Assembly (NCBI GenBank): GCA_046293555.1
Contig: JBKBOT010000010.1
Coordinates: 1 to 33,279 of the forward strand
DNA length: 33,279 nucleotides
Direction: 5' to 3'
DNA from: Pyrobaculum sp.
GTDB lineage: Archaea > Thermoproteota > Thermoprotei > Thermoproteales > Thermoproteaceae
The translations under genes were made by a program, and so were the position numbers. The notes below the pieces were generated by a model. The model was not told the DNA's origin. It searched no databases and saw nothing but the letters and a program-made list of their open reading frames with translations. How positions within the stretch are numbered: the stretch's first letter is position 1; each line of letters starts with the position of its first letter. Shown one piece after another: positions 6,511 to 16,159 of this stretch.

Positions 6511-7344
6511 ATGTTGAGAAGATCTGTCCTAAAATTTCTAGCGGGCACACCTCTGGGGAGACTTCTCGCCGGCGTGTTTACCTCATTTGTTACATCCATT
6601 ATGATTTATATCGACTTGTCAAACCTAGATGTGAGGCGGACCTATGGAAAAGGCGACTCTGTGGTAATGCTGCCATACCCCAAGCTGAAAGGCGTTGTGT
6701 CAGTAGAGGAGGCTTTAGCCAACAGGAGGTCCATACGGGAGTATAGAGACGAGCCCTTAACGCTAGAGGAGTTAGGACAGCTGTTGTGGGCTGCTTACGG
6801 CATCTCAGAGATCACACATGGACTAAGGACTGCGCCCAGCGCGGGGGCTCAATACCCACTAGAGGTCTACGTGGTGGTTAAAGAAGAGGGCGTCAAGACG
6901 GGGGAGGGCTATTTAACTCCGGGGGTGTATCACTACAGCCCACATACCCACAGCCTTTCTCTAATAAAGACGGGAGATTTTGGGAAAGAGCTTTATCACG
7001 CCGCTTTAGAACAAGAGTGGGTCTTAACCGCGCCGGTGTTAATAGTTTTCACGGCCGTGTACCAAAGAACTGTGAGGAGATACGGCGAGAGAGGGCGGGT
7101 GAGATATGTCCCCATGGATTTAGGACATGCCGGCCAGAACGTATACCTCCAAGCCACGGCGCTGGGGCTCGGCACTGTGGCAGTGGGGGCGTTTTATGAC
7201 GACAAGGTAAGAGAAATATTGAGCCTACCAGAGCGGGAGGTGCCGCTATATATAATGCCAGTGGGGCGGCCGGCGACACAGTATAGACTCACAGAGAGAG
7301 AGCTCGTACGGTATCTAGAAAAAAACAGGGGGCCTACCTCTTGA
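6511..7344 (+). CDS. SagB/ThcOx-family FMN nitroreductase with N-terminal twin-arginine-like leader
   Basis: RRSIREY, RTAPSAGAQYPLEVY, DLGHAGQNVYLQATALGLG and VGAFYDD motifs. Confidence 0.9.
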   Translation: MLRRSVLKFLAGTPLGRLLAGVFTSFVTSIMIYIDLSNLDVRRTYGKGDSVVMLPYPKLKGVVSVEEALANRRSIREYRDEPLTLEELGQLLWAAYGISEITHGLRTAPSAGAQYPLEVYVVVKEEGVKTGEGYLTPGVYHYSPHTHSLSLIKTGDFGKELYHAALEQEWVLTAPVLIVFTAVYQRTVRRYGERGRVRYVPMDLGHAGQNVYLQATALGLGTVAVGAFYDDKVREILSLPEREVPLYIMPVGRPATQYRLTERELVRYLEKNRGPTS

Positions 7345-8518
7345 TTAGGTTAAAATACACCTCTGCCACGTTTATCACCTGTCTGATTTCTACATATTCA
7401 TCTGGCGCATGTGCCATGCCGATTGGGCCGGGGCCATACGTAACTGCGGGGATTCCAGCCCTAACGAAAAACCGGGCGTCAAGCCCGCCAATACACACCG
7501 TCCTCCTGGGCCTTCTCCCCAACACTCTCTCAACGGCAGAGGAAAGCGTCTCCACCAGCGGGTGGGTTGTCTCCACCACCACGGCTTCTGACGTATTTAC
7601 AATCTTTACCTCTACTCTATGTGGTACCTCCCTGCTGGCTCTCTCCACAAATTCTATAAACTCCTGTTTTACCAACTCCAAGCTTTCTTCCGGTATTACC
7701 CTCCTGTCTACCGAAAAGGCGAAGTAGCCCGGCACCACGTTTGTCTTTACAGAGCCCCTCACCTCGCCCCCCATTGTCACCGTGGGGGTTGCCCCCCTCG
7801 GGTCGTCAAATTCGTACCTACTCACCCTACTGGAAGTCAGCCTTATGTATTCCTGGAGCCTACTGGCGATATATACGGCACCTTCGAAGGCGTTTAGGCC
7901 AAGCCACGGCGTGGAGCCATGGGCCTGTTTTCCAAAAACCTCTACTAGAAACCAGACGAGCCCCCTGTGTCCAATCCATATGTTGTCCTCGCCGGAGCCC
8001 TCGGCAATTACGACCCACGGCGCCCTTACCTTACCTGACCTCGCCAAATAGCCCGCGCCAGTCTCGCCGCCGATCTCCTCGTCGGGGACAAAAGAAATTT
8101 CGAAATCTCTAAGCCCCGCTCTTACTGCCCTTTCTACTGCAAGCATTATTGCAGTCAAGCCGCCCTTCATGTCCACAGCCCCTCTGCCATATAGCTTTCC
8201 ATCTCTATACACAGGCTCAAAGGGCTTTGTTACCTCCCAGCTTTCTAAAGGCCCTGGCGGCACTACGTCATAATGGCCGTTAAAATGGATTTTAGGCTCG
8301 CCAAGTCTAGCCAACAAGATGGGCCGGGGGTAGTCCGCACATTCTGGACAGTATCTAGCCACCTCTGCCCTGGGCACCTCTACCACCTCGGTGTCTAGCC
8401 CCAACGACCTGAAGTACCTCTCGGCGAAATCTACAAACTCGGCATACCTCTCGCCGGGGGGGTTTACCGTCGGTATTGAGACCAGCTTGCTTAAGAGAGA
8501 CACAGCGGTAGACTCCAC
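7334..8518 (-). CDS. M20 family metallohydrolase (ArgE/DapE-like)
   Basis: FNGHYDVVP, GRGAVDMKGG, DEEIGG, AHAPDEY. Confidence 0.92.
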   Translation of the reverse strand: MESTAVSLLSKLVSIPTVNPPGERYAEFVDFAERYFRSLGLDTEVVEVPRAEVARYCPECADYPRPILLARLGEPKIHFNGHYDVVPPGPLESWEVTKPFEPVYRDGKLYGRGAVDMKGGLTAIMLAVERAVRAGLRDFEISFVPDEEIGGETGAGYLARSGKVRAPWVVIAEGSGEDNIWIGHRGLVWFLVEVFGKQAHGSTPWLGLNAFEGAVYIASRLQEYIRLTSSRVSRYEFDDPRGATPTVTMGGEVRGSVKTNVVPGYFAFSVDRRVIPEESLELVKQEFIEFVERASREVPHRVEVKIVNTSEAVVVETTHPLVETLSSAVERVLGRRPRRTVCIGGLDARFFVRAGIPAVTYGPGPIGMAHAPDEYVEIRQVINVAEVYFNLIKR

Positions 8519-8574
8519 ACAGTGGACACATCTCTACTTTAAATTTGTTTTAATACCTCTGCCGTCTCTACCCC

Positions 8575-9330
8575 GTGAGGTGTGTCCTCGTGTTATCGCG
8601 TGGAGACCCTGTGTCTAGCACCCTTTTAGACATTCTCACATTGCCGCTGAAGGAGAGAGGTGGGGTAGAGGTGGGGCAGCTGGGCGAGATGCCTGTAATA
8701 GTTTTCGAGGGAGAACCCACAGAATTTAGTAGAGAGGACGTGGCGGCATCTCTAGGCGACTGTGCCGTCTTTATCTCCCGCCACGAGATGGCTAACCCAC
8801 GCCCGTTATTTGCCGTCCATACGCCGGGCTCGTGGCCAGAGGTGTCTATCGCAAATCCATGTCTTGTATCTACCCTATACCGAGAGTTATGTAGATCCGC
8901 CTATGGGGATTTTAAATGTGTCATAGAGGCTACCCACCATCCGCCAAACACCTCCCTCATTTCTGCGGTATTTCTAGAGGTGGGGAGTGGGGAGAAGGAG
9001 TGGAGAGACAGGGGGGCAGTAGCCACACTGCTGTCAGTACTACAAAAGGCCGTGGCTGGATACGGGGAATGCGCCAACCCCACCATGGTGATAGGAGATC
9101 TACATTACACAACTGTAGCCAGCCAGGTGGCCGACGGGACAATAGACGTGGGCCACATCGTGCCTAAATATATAGAAATTACTCTAGATGTTGTAAAAAA
9201 CGCCCTCGGGAGACATACGGCCCCCATAAGGAAGGCGATAATATTCCGAAAAAATGTAAAAAACCCACATAGAAGAGAGATATTGGAGTACCTGAGCGAG
9301 AGGGGGGTCGAGGTCGTCCTAAAGGGATAG
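8575..9330 (+). CDS. dtdA: Archaeal D-aminoacyl-tRNA deacylase (DTD2)
   Basis: FISRH, VHTPG, EATHHPP, FLEVGS, GHIVPKY. Confidence 0.88.
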   Translation: MRCVLVLSRGDPVSSTLLDILTLPLKERGGVEVGQLGEMPVIVFEGEPTEFSREDVAASLGDCAVFISRHEMANPRPLFAVHTPGSWPEVSIANPCLVSTLYRELCRSAYGDFKCVIEATHHPPNTSLISAVFLEVGSGEKEWRDRGAVATLLSVLQKAVAGYGECANPTMVIGDLHYTTVASQVADGTIDVGHIVPKYIEITLDVVKNALGRHTAPIRKAIIFRKNVKNPHRREILEYLSERGVEVVLKG

Positions 9331-9339
9331 CTGGCGCCA

Positions 9340-9960
9340 ATGAGCTGCAGACCTGTAATATTTGACCCCATGGAGTGGACATATGTCATGAAGCTTGCGT
9401 GGACGTTATTGCCGGAGCTTTCCTTTAGAGAAGACAGCACGGCGGCCCATAGGGCAAGTAGGCTCGGGGGGATGGACATAAGAGCCCTCAAAGATCTGGA
9501 CTGGGGCGAGCCGGTGGTATACATGCCGCCATTTGAGAAAACGGCCTACGGCACCGTGGTGGTGGCCGTAGAGGGATATACCGTGAGGAAACTCCATAGG
9601 CGTGGAGTAAAGGCAGACGTGGTGGTAAGCGATATGGATTTCGAGCCGGAAGGCCTCTCCGAGGTGCGACATGTGGTGATGCACGTACATGGCGACAACT
9701 ATTGGAAAGTCCCAAAAAGGGATTGGATATATACGGTACAGACTTGGCCCACCGGGTGTACACATAACATCTCCGGGTTTACAGATGGAGATAGGGCTAT
9801 ATACCTCGCATATTACATGGGGGCCAGGGGGGTGGCCATATCGGGTTTCTATCCACAGGTGGCCGTGAAGAGAGACGACTGGGTTAAAAGAAGAAAGCTA
9901 AAAATTGCGTCACATCTAGTGGAGAGACTCGCCAGAAGGATAGACGTCAAATTTTTCTAA
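9340..9960 (+). CDS. mptE: MptE-like 6-hydroxymethylpterin diphosphokinase (DUF115)
   Basis: VVSDMD, HVHGDN, GFTDGDRA, KRRKLKIA. Confidence 0.75.
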   Translation: MSCRPVIFDPMEWTYVMKLAWTLLPELSFREDSTAAHRASRLGGMDIRALKDLDWGEPVVYMPPFEKTAYGTVVVAVEGYTVRKLHRRGVKADVVVSDMDFEPEGLSEVRHVVMHVHGDNYWKVPKRDWIYTVQTWPTGCTHNISGFTDGDRAIYLAYYMGARGVAISGFYPQVAVKRDDWVKRRKLKIASHLVERLARRIDVKFF

Positions 9961-10221
9961 CAGGTAGCGTATGGTGTAGTCAAGACTTTTGATCTTCAAC
10001 CTGTCGTCCTCAACGGCGAGATATCTGTCTAGCGACATGTAAACTGGCGACATGTCTTGACCGGAGATCACCACACAGGGTTCGCCGCCACATAGCGCCA
10101 GTGTGTATACAGTCCTAAAAGGCTCCAGCTCGATAAAAAACCATATATTGCCGCCAATATCCTCTAGCGCCTTTTTCAACTTGGCCACGTCGTCACTCCC
10201 CAAATTTTTCAGAGAGGCCAA
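9916..10221 (-). CDS. Hypothetical protein
   Basis: About 100-aa ORF directly behind apgM. Start uncertain (GTG 10188 possible). Confidence 0.65.
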   Translation of the reverse strand: MASLKNLGSDDVAKLKKALEDIGGNIWFFIELEPFRTVYTLALCGGEPCVVISGQDMSPVYMSLDRYLAVEDDRLKIKSLDYTIRYLLEKFDVYPSGESLH

Positions 10222-11428
10222 GGTAACTCGCCAGTATGGGCATTACGTCTATTCCCCTAATTCTGCCAAGTGCCCCCCTCCAGCACGTAAGTTCTGAAAA
10301 CTTAGCCACCTCGTCTTGCACCACGTCGGGGCCATATATCAAGATGGGGACGGGCTCGCCAGTATGTTCTTTTATGGAGAGAGGCGTGGCGTGGTCTGAC
10401 GTCACCACCACGTAGTTCTCCATCAACATGTCTAGGTGGGGGGCAAGCGTCTTGTCGAGTCTCTCAATTACGGAGACTTTTCCTCTAAAATCGCCGTCGT
10501 GGCTGGTGCTGTCTGTACCCTTCACGTGGAGAAACACCACGTTGTATCTAGCCATGAGGCTGACGGCAAGTCTTACAGCTTCTTCAAACTGGTCGTCTTT
10601 TGTCCCGCCGAGTCCAGGCGCCGTATGGACATCTATACCCACCGCATGCGCCACGCCTTTGATAAGAGCCACACCCGCAATTGCCGCCACGTCGACCTTA
10701 TATCTCTCTCTAATGGGCTCTATCTGGGGCATATACCCCCCGCCTCTTAACAAAATGGCGTTTATAGGCGGCTTGCCCTCTAGCTGTCTGGCCCTATTTA
10801 CCTCAAGCTCTTTTGTAAGTTCTGTAAATCTTGTAGAAATCTCGTTTACCACCTCAGCTGTCAGCAAGGCCTCCATCCCCTCGTCTAGGGGGACCGCCTT
10901 TTGGACCGTAGCCCCGACCTTGTGGGGGTCTGTGTCGCTTACCTTATGGCTCACGGGGCCCCTCAGGACTAGAACGCCTCTGTGTTCTACAGTCGGCTTG
11001 TAGAAAACCTTAACCCCATGCCTCTTTTCTATCTCGTCGCCAATTTTCGCCATAATTTCTTCCACGGCTTTTACCTCCTCCGGCTTGACGTATCGCCCGG
11101 CCCTCCGGTCTATCACCACTCCGGCGCTGTCTATTGTGGCCAGGTTTGTCCTAAAGGCGACGTCTCCTGGCCTAAGCTCCATGCCGGCTCCCAGGGCCTC
11201 AAAAGCCCCCCTACCTGTATAATACCTGTAGGGGTCGTAGCCAAATAACGCCAGATGTGCTGTATCTGAGCCAGGTCTTACCCCAGGCGATATGGGGTCC
11301 ATGATGCCACATGAGCCTAGAGAGGTGAGGTGATCTATTACGGGCTTAAATGCCGTGTGAAACGGCGTCCTTCCCGCATTGGGCCTATCGCCGCCGCCAT
11401 CAAAAAGGATCCACAAAACGCTAGGCAT
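10193..11428 (-). CDS. apgM: 2,3-bisphosphoglycerate-independent phosphoglycerate mutase
   Basis: DGGGDRP, PGSDTAHL, YTGRG, HVKGTDSTSHDG, TSDHATP, HTGEPVP. Confidence 0.95.
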   Translation of the reverse strand: MPSVLWILFDGGGDRPNAGRTPFHTAFKPVIDHLTSLGSCGIMDPISPGVRPGSDTAHLALFGYDPYRYYTGRGAFEALGAGMELRPGDVAFRTNLATIDSAGVVIDRRAGRYVKPEEVKAVEEIMAKIGDEIEKRHGVKVFYKPTVEHRGVLVLRGPVSHKVSDTDPHKVGATVQKAVPLDEGMEALLTAEVVNEISTRFTELTKELEVNRARQLEGKPPINAILLRGGGYMPQIEPIRERYKVDVAAIAGVALIKGVAHAVGIDVHTAPGLGGTKDDQFEEAVRLAVSLMARYNVVFLHVKGTDSTSHDGDFRGKVSVIERLDKTLAPHLDMLMENYVVVTSDHATPLSIKEHTGEPVPILIYGPDVVQDEVAKFSELTCWRGALGRIRGIDVMPILASYLGLSEKFGE

Positions 11429-11732
11429 GAGTCTCTCTCTCCACCCAGCCTAGATATTCTCTATATCCTCCCACGATGGGGAGGGCCACTATTTCGGGGA
11501 CCTGGTATGGATGTACCGCCTTGGTCTCTCTCGTCAATTCGTCTAACTTGTCGACAGTGGTCTTAACTATCAACAACGTCTCTTGGGCCTCTTCTATCTT
11601 TCCCTCCCACCAATACATCGAGCTGACTGGCGCCATGTTTATACATGCAGCCAGCCTCTTCTCTAGTAGATGTCGTGCGATCTTCTTGGCGCTGTCAAGA
11701 CTTGGCGTTGTGATAAACACTGTTATGTACAT
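11421..11732 (-). CDS. cutA: Divalent cation tolerance protein CutA
   Basis: LAACIN, SMYWWEGKIE, HPYQVPEI. Confidence 0.95.
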   Translation of the reverse strand: MYITVFITTPSLDSAKKIARHLLEKRLAACINMAPVSSMYWWEGKIEEAQETLLIVKTTVDKLDELTRETKAVHPYQVPEIVALPIVGGYREYLGWVERETHA

Positions 11733-11758
11733 GGCTGATAAAATTCACAATTTTAAAT

Positions 11759-12589
11759 ATGTGTCAATTCCTAATAGTGCAGAAAGAGGTCTATGAGGTG
11801 GGGCCGCGGCTGGTAGAGAAGATACTGGTCGAGGGGAGGGCGAGAAAGGTCTGGGAGCTGCTTACTACAGACATAGAGACACAGGCCTACCTAAAGATGG
11901 CCAACGTGTTTGCCGTACAGCGGCTTAGATATAACGACCATGGCCCAGTTCACTCAAAAATCGTGGCTGGAAGCGCCTTAGCTATACTTAAGATCTTTAC
12001 AGAAAGGGGGTTTAAGCCAAATGTCGTTATTGACGGAGTGGGTGACCTGGAGGACGCTAAAGTTGTTACAATCATGGGGGCATATCTCCACGACATTGGC
12101 AACTCTATACATAGGACACACCACCCCATATATTCTGCCATGATTACAGACAGGCTGGCCCATAAGATCTTGTCTAAAGTCTACGGCGAGACAGAAGTAA
12201 TGTATATGATAAAACAGGAGGTGCTACACTCCGTGTTTTGCCACGATGAGGAGTACACATGTCTCACCCTAGAGGCGGCTTGCGCCAAGATTGCCGATGG
12301 CACAGATATGTCTAGCGGGCGGGCGAGATATCCCTATAGGGTGGGGAAAAACGACATCCATGCCCTAAGCGCCATGGCTATTGAGAGAGTAGAGCTGGCG
12401 ACAGAAGACAGCAGGCCTCTGGTAGTTAACGTATATATGTCTAACGAGACTGGTATCTTCCAGGTGGATTCGGTATTAGGAAGAAAGATCGCCACGTCTG
12501 GACTTGCGCCTTACATAGAGGTCAGGACATTTGTTAGAGGGAGGCTCTTCGCCACAAGGACTTTCGAGACGACGCACGTAATTAGGTAA
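11759..12589 (+). CDS. HD-domain metal-dependent phosphohydrolase
   Basis: YNDHGPVH, LHDIGN, CHD, IADGTD. The start may be GTG 11777. Confidence 0.88.
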   Translation: MCQFLIVQKEVYEVGPRLVEKILVEGRARKVWELLTTDIETQAYLKMANVFAVQRLRYNDHGPVHSKIVAGSALAILKIFTERGFKPNVVIDGVGDLEDAKVVTIMGAYLHDIGNSIHRTHHPIYSAMITDRLAHKILSKVYGETEVMYMIKQEVLHSVFCHDEEYTCLTLEAACAKIADGTDMSSGRARYPYRVGKNDIHALSAMAIERVELATEDSRPLVVNVYMSNETGIFQVDSVLGRKIATSGLAPYIEVRTFVRGRLFATRTFETTHVIR

Positions 12590-13535
12590 GTTTGACAAAT
12601 TTTGAAACACGTTCAAGATCTCCCCTCACCACCTCAAGTAACAACTTGGCCGACCTGCACCTCTCGTCGCCTTCAAGTATGGGGACTATCTTTATGTAGA
12701 CCTCGTAGACCCCCTCTTCAATTCTTTCATCTAGCTTAGCCAAGGCGTTTTTTATTTGTGGCAACATGTTTTCCACAGGGTCCGCCACGAGGAGTACGCC
12801 AATTTGTTTAGCCGTACCTCTAACCTTCAGGTGGTAAACCCCGCCGTCACGTCGCGTGACATCTAGATGTTCTGGGAGAAGCGATATGTCCAACTTCTCA
12901 AAGAGGTCTCTCACGTGGCCCATGGATATCTGTATAAGCTTGTCTTTACAGCTATATATTTTTTCTCTAGTAGAGCACTTAAAGTCACAATTCCCACATC
13001 TGGGGTCTATAGCCCGCAGAAACTCTGCGGTGTATTTCAACTCGTCTAGCCTAATGTTTTTGCCATATGCCGCCAATACGGCCTCCACCGATTTTTCCAA
13101 CTCGACGCAGTTTAGCCCCTCCATGACTTCCCTAAGGACACAGTTTTTGGCCGCCAGTCTACGCAGTCTGGCTCTCGCCTCGTCAAACTTCCCTTCGAAC
13201 AAAAGTCTCCCTACCTCTATGGCCTCTGGCGTAAACCTCTCTGCAGACCTTAGCCCCAGCGAGCTTAATGTGGGCGTAATTACACGCGACATGCTTCTAG
13301 ACAGCTTGTTTTCTTCTAGAAACTCTGAAATCACGTGGGCTACATTTACGACCCCTTGCGTATATTTTATATACGCCTTTCTAAGTAGGGAGAACAGTCT
13401 GTCGGGCGGCATTCTGATATACCAAGAATGGTATTGACACCTCTCAAGCTCTTTTCTAAGTTTTTCACAAAGTCTCTCAAGGTCTTCCACGGTGTTTATA
13501 TTCTCCACATGTTCGCCTACGCGCACTACCACCAC
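12582..13535 (-). CDS. Hypothetical protein
   Basis: 317-aa ORF, charged, several Cys, TATA about 21 nt upstream. Confidence 0.78.
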   Translation of the reverse strand: MVVVRVGEHVENINTVEDLERLCEKLRKELERCQYHSWYIRMPPDRLFSLLRKAYIKYTQGVVNVAHVISEFLEENKLSRSMSRVITPTLSSLGLRSAERFTPEAIEVGRLLFEGKFDEARARLRRLAAKNCVLREVMEGLNCVELEKSVEAVLAAYGKNIRLDELKYTAEFLRAIDPRCGNCDFKCSTREKIYSCKDKLIQISMGHVRDLFEKLDISLLPEHLDVTRRDGGVYHLKVRGTAKQIGVLLVADPVENMLPQIKNALAKLDERIEEGVYEVYIKIVPILEGDERCRSAKLLLEVVRGDLERVSKFVKLT

Positions 13536-13582
13536 AGTTTCTATAGACGCCAGAGTTAAAAACGTGGCTTAAGTAATATGTT

Positions 13583-13930
13583 ATGAAATCCACTGTAGTA
13601 AGGATTCTGAAAAGTGGAAATAAAGACGAGGTATTAAGCGCCCTTACGGAAGTCCATAGACATAAGGCTGCCGTCTTGGCGACATTTGAGCATTCGCCAG
13701 AGGGGCTGAAAGCCGCCGCTAGACTTCACGCATATCACCTGGCGTTGGCTTCTGTAATTCTGCCAGATGTCGAGATAGACGAGGAGAGTGTCACAGGTCT
13801 GGACTACCGCCTGGCAAAGCTCTTTAGAGATGGCGCCAAGAGGTGTGAAAAAATTACAGTTACTGGAGACGACTTTTATGGCGTAGTGGTAGAGGAGTTA
13901 AATGAGCTAATATCTTCTCTCTGTGTGTGA
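13583..13930 (+). CDS. Hypothetical protein
   Basis: 115-aa ORF divergent from 13535. Confidence 0.72.
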   Translation: MKSTVVRILKSGNKDEVLSALTEVHRHKAAVLATFEHSPEGLKAAARLHAYHLALASVILPDVEIDEESVTGLDYRLAKLFRDGAKRCEKITVTGDDFYGVVVEELNELISSLCV

Positions 13931-15417
13931 CTCCCCCTATATAAGTCCCTATAGATGACAAAGGTGAGGTAAGCCAGAACGATAATTACCGCAATGGCGG
14001 CATAGAAATGTATCTCTGCCACTCTAACTAATAACGCAAAGGAGACGTATGCCGCTAGAGAAAAGATGGAAGCCATTATCGCGGCAATTGTATACCTGGC
14101 TTCTCTCAGCTCGCCTAGCGCTATGAGTAAATCGCGGTAGATCTCTCTAGAGTACTTATAGAGAAAGTAGGCCGCGACGGCGACTGTCGCCAGAGAGTAA
14201 ATGCCTAGATAGGCTATAGATAGGGCAATTAGAAGTGTGAGTACGGCTAATTTAACTGATGTAATAAAGGCATGTGTAACAACCCTGTAGAGCTTTTCAT
14301 ATATCGCCGTGGTGTGTAACTCTCTGATGTATGTAGCTACATACCGCTCCACTGTTGTCCTATATTGCGAAAGAAGTGGGGCTAGAAACAAGGTTAGGAA
14401 GAGAGATATCGTCAAGGCTGAGACCATCTCCTCGCTAAATATTGATAACGTATGTGCCACAATTGGAATTGATAGAGAGACTTCTGACACATGTGCAGTA
14501 GACAAAGCCACGCCTGTAGAGAGCCTGGGCTGGCCTGTGGTCAACAAGCTGCTAAAAAAGACAGCCACGGCGCGGATGAAGACCGCCAGGAGGGCAATCA
14601 CGATGCCTAACGCTAGATATAGCGAGTGGATAGAGAGTGTGGGGAAAGAGAGGCCCGCTGCCAACATGTAGAGATATATTATCAGTCCAGACAACGCCAT
14701 GGTTTCTCTCTCATGTACCTTATGTCTGTCTGTTCTTGAAAACAAGTAGCCGCCTATAAAGGCGCCGATAAACGGCGAAGCCAGTTGGAAGTACTGGACT
14801 ATATACACAAAGCTAAAAGCCATTGCCAACGCAAATGGCAACGCATATTCACGCCCCACAATAAATCTGTACGTATAGTTAAATATGGCAAATGCGGCAA
14901 TGCTTAAGGCAAACAAGATGGTAAGATTAACTGGAAGAGTCTCTACGGTAACTCCTCCCAGCAGGAGGCTTAGAGAGAAGAACAACACCGCGTCTTCAAG
15001 TGCGGTAAGAGACAAGGCTACCGACCTGGCGTGTTCTGGAAGTGTTTGAGAAAGCCTTAACGTCATGATGCTAGAAGAGCTCAACATGGCGACTCCCACT
15101 ATCAACGCCTCTGTTATAGCTAGACCCACCAATCTAAACAAAACTATGGAAATACCCAATATCAACGCCGCCTCTAACAACACGGCGAAAAAAGATGCTG
15201 GAGACAAGCCGCTTGACCCCAGCTGTCTCCCCACCTCAAAAGCCACCAGCGCCAAAAGTATCTGTAAATATGTGCTAGGAAACGAGAGGCCAACTAGCTC
15301 CCTTACTACAACCCCCGCGATGAAAAAACCCAGAAATGGAGGTAGACCTATCTTGTCAATCAGATAGGCTAACAAAACCCCCAGCAGGATGGCCCCAGAG
15401 ACTACCCCCAGCTCCAC
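13876..15417 (-). CDS. Cation:proton antiporter (CPA2/Kef-like)
   Basis: Many TMs with motifs GFFIAG, AFEVG, MLSSSSI, ALEDA, GAFIGG, VSEVSL. Confidence 0.85.
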   Translation of the reverse strand: MELGVVSGAILLGVLLAYLIDKIGLPPFLGFFIAGVVVRELVGLSFPSTYLQILLALVAFEVGRQLGSSGLSPASFFAVLLEAALILGISIVLFRLVGLAITEALIVGVAMLSSSSIMTLRLSQTLPEHARSVALSLTALEDAVLFFSLSLLLGGVTVETLPVNLTILFALSIAAFAIFNYTYRFIVGREYALPFALAMAFSFVYIVQYFQLASPFIGAFIGGYLFSRTDRHKVHERETMALSGLIIYLYMLAAGLSFPTLSIHSLYLALGIVIALLAVFIRAVAVFFSSLLTTGQPRLSTGVALSTAHVSEVSLSIPIVAHTLSIFSEEMVSALTISLFLTLFLAPLLSQYRTTVERYVATYIRELHTTAIYEKLYRVVTHAFITSVKLAVLTLLIALSIAYLGIYSLATVAVAAYFLYKYSREIYRDLLIALGELREARYTIAAIMASIFSLAAYVSFALLVRVAEIHFYAAIAVIIVLAYLTFVIYRDLYRGSHTQREDISSFNSSTTTP

Positions 15418-16136
15418 TACTCAACTGCGTAATAAAGCCGTTTTTTCGTCTTACCTCTATTTTCAACCTTCAGAATCTTCACGACGCCTATCTCTCTAGT
15501 GTTTTTTACATGTGGCCCCCCATCTGCCTGGATGTCTACACCCGGTATCTCCACAATTCTCAACTGGGGGAGGTCGGGCGGAACTCTTTCGGCAAGTTTA
15601 ACCAAGCCTGGAATTTTTAAAGCCTCTTCTCTAGGCAGCCAATAGACCTTTACCTCTATACCTCTTTTTACAACCTCATTTGTCTCTGCGGCCGCCTCTT
15701 CAAAGGCCTTCCTGACTGTAGCCATGTCGCCCTCTATGTTAAAATCGTCACGGGCATACTCGTGTGTGATCTCGCCGCCGGTAATCAACGCGTTGTACTT
15801 ATTATATAATACCGCCGCCAATATGTGGGCGGCGGTGTGTAGCCGCATCTTTCTATATCTCTTCTCCCAGTCTAACACACCCCACACCACATCCCCCGGC
15901 TTGAAGGCCGGCGGCCTGTCTAACACGTGGATTACCTCATGTCCCCTATGCGCCGCCTTTGTGAAGTACTTCTCGCCTCCATAAATTATATATCCCTCAT
16001 CTGCCTGTACGCCGCCACTCCCGTCGTGAAAGGCAGTCTGGTCTAACACCACATTGCTGCCGTCTATTGACAATACCGAAGCCTTAAACTCCTTTACGTA
16101 AGAATCCAGCTGGTACAAAAGCCTTGTCACAAACAT
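15417..16136 (-). CDS. alaXM: Alanyl-tRNA editing protein AlaX-M
   Basis: LDQTAF..GGVQADEG, MRLHTAAH, QADGGPHVKNTREIG. Confidence 0.9.
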   Translation of the reverse strand: MFVTRLLYQLDSYVKEFKASVLSIDGSNVVLDQTAFHDGSGGVQADEGYIIYGGEKYFTKAAHRGHEVIHVLDRPPAFKPGDVVWGVLDWEKRYRKMRLHTAAHILAAVLYNKYNALITGGEITHEYARDDFNIEGDMATVRKAFEEAAAETNEVVKRGIEVKVYWLPREEALKIPGLVKLAERVPPDLPQLRIVEIPGVDIQADGGPHVKNTREIGVVKILKVENRGKTKKRLYYAVE

Positions 16137-16159
16137 TAGAAAGTATTGTTATAAATCTT

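Noticed and set aside
6511-7344. SagB-type dehydrogenase as part of a thiazole/oxazole RiPP cluster modifying the Cys/Ser/Thr-rich peptide at 611-724
   Set aside because: No YcaO or E1-like cyclodehydratase in the window. The gene is more than 5 kb away among housekeeping genes, and stand-alone SagB-type nitroreductases are common in archaea.
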